Positions 57,049 to 64,000 of a stretch of DNA of 64,000 bases are shown here, in pieces; positions within the stretch are counted from its first letter, which is position 1; each line of letters begins with the position of its first letter. Below the pieces are notes generated by a model that was not told the origin of the DNA, did not search any database, and worked only from the letters and a program-made list of their open reading frames with translations. The position numbers and the translations under genes are program-made. Location: positions 32,001 to 96,000 of the forward strand of contig OZ242326.1 in assembly GCA_965208325.1 (NCBI GenBank). The letters run 5' to 3'. This DNA is from Candidatus Poribacteria bacterium (GTDB taxonomy: Bacteria; Poribacteria; WGA-4E; PCPOR2b).

Positions 57049-59604
57049 ATGATGGAACTGAAGACGTATCAGACCCGCGCGCTTGACGCTTTTAGTCAAT
57101 GGTTAGATACGCTTAAAACAGCGCGGCATCAGTCGGAAACTGCGGTTAAATCATGGCCCGCAGCTGCCGGCGGTATTCCTGATGCGGTGAAAAATTATCC
57201 GCGGCTGGCGTGGGAGACGCTTAAAGAGAGCGGAGGGCTCGCGCATAGTGCGGCGCCGTATGTAGACCGCACCGACGAAGCAAACTCTCCAATTCCGCAC
57301 ATCTGCTTCAAAATCCCAACAGGCGGCGGCAAGACCCTCCTTGCGGCTTCTGCGCTTGAACGTCTCAATCGGCAAACCGGTTTGACATTGTGGGTTGTAC
57401 CGACCAAGGCAATCTACGCGCAGACAAAAACTGCACTGTGGAATCGGGAACACCCGTATCGTCAAACCCTAGAGCGCGCGAGTGCGGGCAGAGTCAAAAT
57501 GTTGGAAAAGGACGACGAGTTCAGCCGAGACGACATCGCAAACTACCTTTGTGTCATGCTGCTCATGTTGCCAGCAACCAACCGGCAACGAGGAAGAGAG
57601 TTTCTGCGCATGTTTCGGGATTCGGGGCGTTATCCCAGCTTCTTCCCCGAAATCGACGATGTGTTTAGAGATGCTCGCCTGCAAATCGATCATCCCGATC
57701 TGGACTGTCATACCGCACCAGGTCCCGTCAAGCATAGCCTTTTTAACGTGTTCAAGCTACTGCGTCCAGTCGTGGTTCTTGATGAGGCGCATAAAGCCTA
57801 CGGTTCTAAGACCAGGTCCGCCAACGAAGAGTTTGCCCGTTCAATCTCACGCCTAAATCCACGTCTCGTAATTGAACTCTCCGCAACGCCCAACCGTGGT
57901 ATCAGCAACTTGCTTGTTGACATTGACGGCCCCGATCTCAAGAAAGAGGAAATGATTAAGCTGCCGGTGCAGGTCACGTCATTTCCGAATGCGGAGTGGC
58001 AATTAACGTTGAGTCAGGCTGTCGAAGAGTTAGAACAATTAGATGCCGAAGCAAAATCGCTAGAGAGCAATACAGGGCGTTACATCCGACCAATCGCCGT
58101 TGTCCGCGTCGAAAACACAGGTGCGGCTCAGATTGGTGGAGATAATATCCATGCTGAAGATGTACGGCAAAATCTCGAACACAATTTACATGTGCCCTCG
58201 GAGGCAATTCGTGTGAAATCCGCTGAAAAGGATGAGCTTGGCAAGGAAGATTTGCTCTCCGAGATTTGCCCGGTGAAATGGATCATCACAAAATCGGCAT
58301 TGATGGAAGGTTGGGATTGTCCATTCGCATACCTACTGGTGATGCTGGACAACACGCAGGCACAAAGGGCGATTACGCAGCTCGTCGGTAGAGTCATGCG
58401 GCAACCGCACGCGCAACTCACCGGACGGGTATCACTCGATCAGTGTTACGTCTATTGCCATAACGCAGCCGTTGGCGAGGTCGTCCAACAGGTCAAAAAT
58501 GGTCTGGAAGCAGAGGGCCTCACTGGCTTGGGCGATGAAGTGCTAAGCACGGCAGGTGAGGGGCAACCGGACGCCATTCGGAAAACCGTTGAACGGCGAA
58601 CGCAGTATAGAGGTAAAGACATCTTTCTGCCGCTGGTGTTGCATTTAAATGGCGCGGATTGGATTCAACTGGATTATCAGCGTCATATTCTGCCGCACAT
58701 TGACTGGGTGGCAATCGCAGCGCCAGATCCTCGCAAATCTGCACCCGCCGTTGCAAGTCGCCAAGACGCAACGGTCGACCTTGACGATTTGCCGCCAATG
58801 TATCACGCCGACCAAGACCTTCACATTGACAAAACGGTTCGTGTATCCGACTTCGCACGCCATCTTTCCGACATTGTACCGAATCCGTGGCACGCCGCAC
58901 GTATAGCACAAGGTCTAATTGACCGCCTCAAACAGGCAGGCGAGTCGAAGGATAATATCTATGATCGCCGCGCCTATCTTACACAAGTGCTGCGAGAGCA
59001 TGTAAGGGATGAAGTGGAAGCGCAGGCGGAGCGTGTTTTTCAGGAGAAGTTGAACGGTGGAGAAATTCGGTTTGATTTAGAGACTGAAGAACCGAATTAC
59101 AGAATGGTAGGAAATTATGAAATTTTTGTTGCGGACAATGATACACTTCTTACTAGAAAGAGCTATGAACCATTACAGTTAAGTCTGTTTGAACCAGTTT
59201 TCGTAAGCCAATTCAATGAGTTGGAAATGAGTTTTGCTCGTTATCTGGACGAGCAGAAGGCGTTGAAATGGTGGCATCGTGTCGCTGCACGTCAAAAGGG
59301 GGAATACTACCTGCAAGGCTGGAAACAAGGGCGCATTTACCCGGACTTTGTAGCACTTGCAAGTCGCGGCGATGATGAGAAACGGGTACTAATTTTCGAT
59401 ACAAAAGGCGAACACCTCAGCGGAAACCGGGATTCGGAATACAAGAAAAAAGTGCTGGAAACACTCGAAGGCGCGTTCAATGCCGTGGGAAAGGTAAAAG
59501 TGCGTGAGGGCACTACAATTACGGGAGTTTTTGAGTTGGTATTTGAAAAACACGCCGACACCGATTTCGCAGAGCTAACCCCGCGGCTGTCTGGAGAACT
59601 TTAG
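57049..59604 (+). CDS. res: Type III restriction enzyme Res subunit (SF2 helicase plus PD-(D/E)xK nuclease)
   Basis: PTGGGKT, DEAH, SATP, EGWDCP, QLVGRVMRQP and C-terminal YPDF...DTKG motifs. Confidence 0.9.
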   Translation: MMELKTYQTRALDAFSQWLDTLKTARHQSETAVKSWPAAAGGIPDAVKNYPRLAWETLKESGGLAHSAAPYVDRTDEANSPIPHICFKIPTGGGKTLLAASALERLNRQTGLTLWVVPTKAIYAQTKTALWNREHPYRQTLERASAGRVKMLEKDDEFSRDDIANYLCVMLLMLPATNRQRGREFLRMFRDSGRYPSFFPEIDDVFRDARLQIDHPDLDCHTAPGPVKHSLFNVFKLLRPVVVLDEAHKAYGSKTRSANEEFARSISRLNPRLVIELSATPNRGISNLLVDIDGPDLKKEEMIKLPVQVTSFPNAEWQLTLSQAVEELEQLDAEAKSLESNTGRYIRPIAVVRVENTGAAQIGGDNIHAEDVRQNLEHNLHVPSEAIRVKSAEKDELGKEDLLSEICPVKWIITKSALMEGWDCPFAYLLVMLDNTQAQRAITQLVGRVMRQPHAQLTGRVSLDQCYVYCHNAAVGEVVQQVKNGLEAEGLTGLGDEVLSTAGEGQPDAIRKTVERRTQYRGKDIFLPLVLHLNGADWIQLDYQRHILPHIDWVAIAAPDPRKSAPAVASRQDATVDLDDLPPMYHADQDLHIDKTVRVSDFARHLSDIVPNPWHAARIAQGLIDRLKQAGESKDNIYDRRAYLTQVLREHVRDEVEAQAERVFQEKLNGGEIRFDLETEEPNYRMVGNYEIFVADNDTLLTRKSYEPLQLSLFEPVFVSQFNELEMSFARYLDEQKALKWWHRVAARQKGEYYLQGWKQGRIYPDFVALASRGDDEKRVLIFDTKGEHLSGNRDSEYKKKVLETLEGAFNAVGKVKVREGTTITGVFELVFEKHADTDFAELTPRLSGEL

Positions 59605-60379
59605 TCATTCTTCATTTTGCCGGTCGCGAATCGTTGACCCCGTGTTTGTAAAGCCCATTTACTGTAACTGCGCTGACCTTATGATAACTTCCACTGTTGG
59701 CGCCTACCGGGCTAATACACAAATCTATAGTCATGGGCGAAACCAATTACTTCATTACGAAGCTAGGTCACGAGTACATTTCTAAGCACAAATCAAAGCA
59801 AAAACCTCTGCGCGAGAATGACACATCTGAGTAGCAATTCTTGGGGTGAAATGTACTGCCCGAACCAAACATACCACCCATTTAGCGATAGCGCCCTGCC
59901 ATATCCTACACTACCGATTTCCGATTCTATAAACCGTGCCAACACGGAGACATGCCCGGAAACGATAGTGAGCAAAATAGCATTTTCATAGACATTTTCG
60001 CGCGTTTGCCTTTTTCGGTCTAAGAACATTGCGTTGGAATTCGCAATGCACTCCTACCTACCATCCACCCCTCCTGTTTCCATGACTTCTGGCGGCTAAT
60101 CCAAATCCTCAATTTACCCGCAAACCAAATTAATCAAAGCTCCGCCAAAATCAAAATTGTATTCGTTAAATGTCAGGTCCTGCCGAGGCGACAAAGATGA
60201 AGCATCTGAAGTACCCGGAACAATTTAACATGTTAAATCTGTTAAATTTTGTAAACTTTTGTAAACTTTTTCAAGGAATTCACTGTCCTCGAAAATCGAA
60301 CGGCGGAACCGCTAAGAGATCCCATACATGTTAAGAGCAGGGCAGTGACCCCACCGCCAAAAAAAATTTGCATTTTTCT

Positions 60380-60409
60380 TTGACATCGTGACTAACCGTT
60401 ATGTATAGT
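60380..60409 (+). promoter_or_regulatory. Sigma70-type promoter for the HTH-PhyH pair
   Basis: TTGACA-N18-TATAGT, with a GGAGG RBS downstream. Confidence 0.5.
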
Positions 60410-60477
60410 TTTAAGCGTGATAACATTTGTTAAATCTGTTGAGTTTTGTAAAATTTTGTAATGGAGGTTAACTGGCT

Positions 60478-61083
60478 ATGCCTACCAAAACTGAACTGAA
60501 ACAACGTGAAGCCATTTCACTCTTTCTGACTGGCAAAACCGAAACCGAGGTAGCCGAAGCCATTGGCGTATCTCGCCAAACGATTTGGAAATGGAAGAAG
60601 GAAACAGATTTTAATCACGATATTGTCGAGGCAGGCGAGTGCATTCTCGCGGAACATACATTGGCAGTTTCAAGTCTCGTAGACGAATCACTCGGCGTCA
60701 TGTCCGAACTGCTAAAAAGTGATGACGAGAGCATACGGTTCAAAGCCGCAACGACCATCCTAAACTCCGCCAGCAATTGGCGCGCGCAGCGTCCCGCAGC
60801 CCCGGGTCACAAAACGGCTGAAAGCGAACTCCACGAAACCCAAGTTGACGCCATTATGCAGATCGAGCAGTGGAAAGTACAATTCACAAAGCAAGGTGGC
60901 AAGCCGGATGATTTCACGATGTGGTTGTTGCAAGGAATGCCCGAAATTAAAGGCAATGGCGCGGAGGCCGCGAAGTCCAACGAACCAGCAAAACCGGATT
61001 CGGTAAAGGCGAAATCAGCAAAAAACGGCGGCTTGAAGAACGGCGGTATTTCAAATCTAAAAAATTCCCGCCAAAAATCATGA
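60478..61083 (+). CDS. Helix-turn-helix protein of unknown function
   Basis: KQREAI..GKTETEVAEAIGVSRQTIWKW HTH followed by LL.SDDESIRFKAA..IL helix. Confidence 0.8.
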   Translation: MPTKTELKQREAISLFLTGKTETEVAEAIGVSRQTIWKWKKETDFNHDIVEAGECILAEHTLAVSSLVDESLGVMSELLKSDDESIRFKAATTILNSASNWRAQRPAAPGHKTAESELHETQVDAIMQIEQWKVQFTKQGGKPDDFTMWLLQGMPEIKGNGAEAAKSNEPAKPDSVKAKSAKNGGLKNGGISNLKNSRQKS

Positions 61084-61863
61084 ATGGGGGAAAAACTATT
61101 GCCTATGAAAAGCGACCTTACAGCAGCAATCGATCACTTGACCGTCTACGGATACTGCATTCTGGAAGATCGCATTCCCGAGGACATGGCGTTGAGCATG
61201 GCCAATCGCTTCGTCGAATTGCACGATGACCCGAAGTGCCAGCCTTACAACACGGGGGACGAGTATTATCAGACGCTGTTTGGGATGGTGAACTTCGACG
61301 ACCGGGTGTGGACCTGTGCTAGTCATCCGGATACCGTTGCAATCGCGGAGCATTTTCTAGGGCCAAACTGCCGCATCCCCGATGCGTGTTCCAAGCCCAC
61401 GTGGCCCGGTGCGCCGCATGGCGGACTGCACGTTGATTCCGCACACAACTTCGCCGTGGTTCCCAATGTTCCTTGGATGATTAACAGCATTTGGATGTTG
61501 ACGGAGTTCACCGAAGAGAACGGCGCAACCGGCGTGGTACCGATGAGCCACCGTTCCCGCCTGCATGGTCCGCCGTCGGACATCACGCCGGACAGCCCGC
61601 TCGTGAAACCCATCACCGGACGCCCCGGCACCGTAATGATGTGGCACGGCGGGCTATTTCACATGTCGCGCGCCAACACCACATCCAATGAAATTCGTGT
61701 CGGTCTGAACATAGGTTACTGCCCGCGGTGGTTCAATACGTGGGTAGAGGGCGGACATCAGCCGGTGTGGCCCGAGACATACGAGCGAATGCCGCCGGAA
61801 ATGAAGCGGCTGTGCCTCGGGAAATTGGGCCGCGACCGTGCAGAACTGTACGAACGGTTTTAA
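61084..61863 (+). CDS. Phytanoyl-CoA dioxygenase (PhyH) family protein
   Basis: LHVD, SIWMLTEFTEENGATGVVPMSH and GTVMMWHGGLFHMSRAN..R motifs. The start may be 61105. Confidence 0.9.
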   Translation: MGEKLLPMKSDLTAAIDHLTVYGYCILEDRIPEDMALSMANRFVELHDDPKCQPYNTGDEYYQTLFGMVNFDDRVWTCASHPDTVAIAEHFLGPNCRIPDACSKPTWPGAPHGGLHVDSAHNFAVVPNVPWMINSIWMLTEFTEENGATGVVPMSHRSRLHGPPSDITPDSPLVKPITGRPGTVMMWHGGLFHMSRANTTSNEIRVGLNIGYCPRWFNTWVEGGHQPVWPETYERMPPEMKRLCLGKLGRDRAELYERF

Positions 61864-61926
61864 ATAACTGTTTGGCGCTTAAATCTTACGTACGCCGCAA
61901 TGGTGAGGTTGTGTGCACCGGCACCG

Positions 61927-62700
61927 TCATGAAAAGATATCGCGAAATCGAGTCATCGCCTCAACGTCGTCGCCTTTCGGAAACGCTTCCAAGCCGATGA
62001 CCCCGTCATAGTTCAACTCGCGCAAGACGTGGACAATGCCCGGATAATTCATCTCCCCAGTGCCCGGCTCATGGCGGCCGGGCACGTCCGCTACGTGTAA
62101 ATTGCCGATGTAATCGTAATAGTCCCGGACAGTCTGGATGACATTGCCCTGCTGGAGTTGCATGTGATACAGATCGCAAAGCAGTTTGATGCGCGGACTG
62201 CCAACTTCGTCAAGAAGATTCGTGACATCCGCGGTATGTGGGAAGGGATATCCGGCGTGATCGACCTTGATGTTTAGTTGCTCCACATGGTAAATAGTAC
62301 CGTGCTTTTCCGCGAGTTCAGCCACGCGGCATAGTGTCTTATAGGCGGTAATCCACATCGTCGCCGGATGCGCCGCTATGGGGTGCACAACATTGCCGGC
62401 TTCGTCTAATTCCCCAGTCAAAAGGCACAGATTCCTGCAGTTCAGCCTCCCGGCGAGGTCGAGGCACTTCTCAACCCCATCCATAAACAGCTCGACGCCA
62501 TCGGGATGTACCATACTCCCGCCCATACATCCAGGTATGGCGTTGACTTCGATATTGGGATCAGCGGCGATTCGTTCAATCGCGCTCTCGTCCGAACCCC
62601 AAAAATCAACAAGAAACCCGGCTTGGGCAATCTCTCTTACTCGCTGTTCAAAGGGTATGTTTTGCAGAACCGTGCCAGCCGACACAGATAAACGATACAT
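61927..62700 (-). CDS. Hydroxypyruvate isomerase family TIM-barrel protein
   Basis: EQLNIKVDHAGYP, DLYHMQ, HVADVPGRHEPGTGEMNY and GLE motifs; GGAG RBS before ATG 62700. Confidence 0.88.
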   Translation of the reverse strand: MYRLSVSAGTVLQNIPFEQRVREIAQAGFLVDFWGSDESAIERIAADPNIEVNAIPGCMGGSMVHPDGVELFMDGVEKCLDLAGRLNCRNLCLLTGELDEAGNVVHPIAAHPATMWITAYKTLCRVAELAEKHGTIYHVEQLNIKVDHAGYPFPHTADVTNLLDEVGSPRIKLLCDLYHMQLQQGNVIQTVRDYYDYIGNLHVADVPGRHEPGTGEMNYPGIVHVLRELNYDGVIGLEAFPKGDDVEAMTRFRDIFS

Positions 62701-62948
62701 GGGCAACTCCTTTTAGATGTTGGGAGAATATTCGCTCGCCAACAACATCGCCGTGCAGAACTTTGAGATTGATGGCGCAACCGGTCAAAACATTATACCA
62801 CGTTTCGTGGGATTTCTGTCAATCGGTTTTAGCTCACCGCGCTGCCGCTGAATGTTCATTGTGATTCGCGGTTATAATGTGGTATCATTCTAATCTAAGT
62901 CCTATATTTCACTGCCGGATTCCGCCTGATTACGCAAGGAGGCAAAGG

Positions 62949-64000
62949 ATGCAACCCGATTCTGCCGAAGAAACTATTCAACGGCTAACGTTCAGTCTGT
63001 CAGAGCTAGAGCAGCTTGGTGAGGCAATTCTTACAGGCGGGGGAAATTTTAATGTGTCTAGCAAGACATATCTGCGGGTAATTCTTGGAACATTGGGCGT
63101 AACCAAGGGCGCAATTTTTTCTTTCGATGCGGCGGAAAGCCATCTGGTGATTGAATCGGAGATTAACCTCAATAATGAATCACTAGTAATTCCAGTGGCT
63201 TCGGACGAAATTTCCATCATACGCGGTTCCTCAATCATTGAAATTTCTCAGCCGCCCCACCTCCTGGAGCCGTTGTTTAACAGCATTCGGCCGCAACTGC
63301 AAAACCTTGACGCTCAACTCTGGGCGCCGCTCAAAATCCGTGACGAACTTCTGGGAGTCATCAGTCTGGGCCCGTTTCTATCCGGAATGAGAATGGAATC
63401 GTGGGCGCGCGGCGTGTTAAGTGTATTAGCCAACCAAACCTCGATTGCAATGGCATATTCACGTTTGATGGATGAGATGCGCGCTGACAAGTTTCACCTT
63501 TTTCTCCTTTCTGATATAACCACTCAGATTTACAAACAGTTGAACACGGAACGTCTAGAGGAGGAAATCATAAGCCATGCAGTAACGCTGTTAGACGCCA
63601 ACGCGGGTTACCTATTCCTCACCGATCCGTTTACCCGCCAACTCGAGTTAAAGAGCAGCTTATACCTCAATCCGGCATCGGATTCCGGCCTGACGGCAAA
63701 TCCTAACGAAATAGGTGAGTTGTCGTCCCATGCCATGATTAGTGATGTTGCAGCGGGCGGGAGAACATTGGTGTGCAATGATGAAAAAACGGCTGCGCCG
63801 TTTGGCAGGGCGAACCTGATAGCTACTCCGATTTTTGGGCGTGAGGAAAATTTGGGTGTTCTCGTTGTATGCGACAAGGAGGATCGAGGCGGAGTTGCGC
63901 GTAAACTGACTTCCGAGGACAGAATTCTGCTTGAAGCCTTTTCAAACCAATCGGGTGTGATTGTCGAAAATGCACGGCTTTATCAAGAGGCGCTTGAACG
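62949..64000 (+). CDS. Tandem GAF-domain signalling protein, truncated by the window end (downstream PP2C/SpoIIE or kinase domain likely)
   Basis: Not in the ORF track because it has no stop. AGGAGG RBS, then MQPDSAEE...; WAPLKIRDELLGVISLG and terminal EDRILLEAFSNQSGVIVENARLYQEALE in the same frame. Confidence 0.8.
   Translation, partial: MQPDSAEETIQRLTFSLSELEQLGEAILTGGGNFNVSSKTYLRVILGTLGVTKGAIFSFDAAESHLVIESEINLNNESLVIPVASDEISIIRGSSIIEISQPPHLLEPLFNSIRPQLQNLDAQLWAPLKIRDELLGVISLGPFLSGMRMESWARGVLSVLANQTSIAMAYSRLMDEMRADKFHLFLLSDITTQIYKQLNTERLEEEIISHAVTLLDANAGYLFLTDPFTRQLELKSSLYLNPASDSGLTANPNEIGELSSHAMISDVAAGGRTLVCNDEKTAAPFGRANLIATPIFGREENLGVLVVCDKEDRGGVARKLTSEDRILLEAFSNQSGVIVENARLYQEALE

Noticed and set aside
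59793..60029. 78-aa minus-strand ORF after res
   Set aside because: No RBS or motif support.
60478..61083. Prophage terminase small subunit
   Set aside because: The HTH is reminiscent of one, but there is no large terminase or other phage gene nearby.

Overview
Bacterial chromosomal window, most likely Candidatus Poribacteria or a relative. This is inferred from a LamG protein with an 'AVAPSGKISTTWARLK' tail, two PhyH-family dioxygenases, and Lpt outer-membrane genes together with HprK/HPr. About 1-34 kb is mostly housekeeping: comEA, zapA, aroE, a fused indolepyruvate oxidoreductase, recN, nadK, surE, tyrS, msrA, a MacAB-like cluster, rpoZ, lpxL-like-lptCAB-rpoN-hpf-hprK-ptsH and valS. 34.4-41.4 kb holds a complete UBact-proteasome operon (arc-dop-ubact-prcB-prcA-pafA). 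42-47 kb is a mutagenesis cassette (short imuB-like, dnaE2, SRAP). 47-60 kb is an accessory/defence region. Its strongest novelty candidate is a ~2.1 kb element with two paralogous DUF1670-like genes and no recognisable transposase, bounded by bipartite inverted repeats and a 15-bp direct repeat, sitting within REP-like repeats. It is followed by a dense REP/MITE cluster, an Avs-like nuclease-STAND-TPR protein with an antitoxin-like tail coupled to a PIN gene, and a type III R-M pair. No rRNA, tRNA or CRISPR array was recognised. Family assignments come from motif recognition by eye, not database searches.
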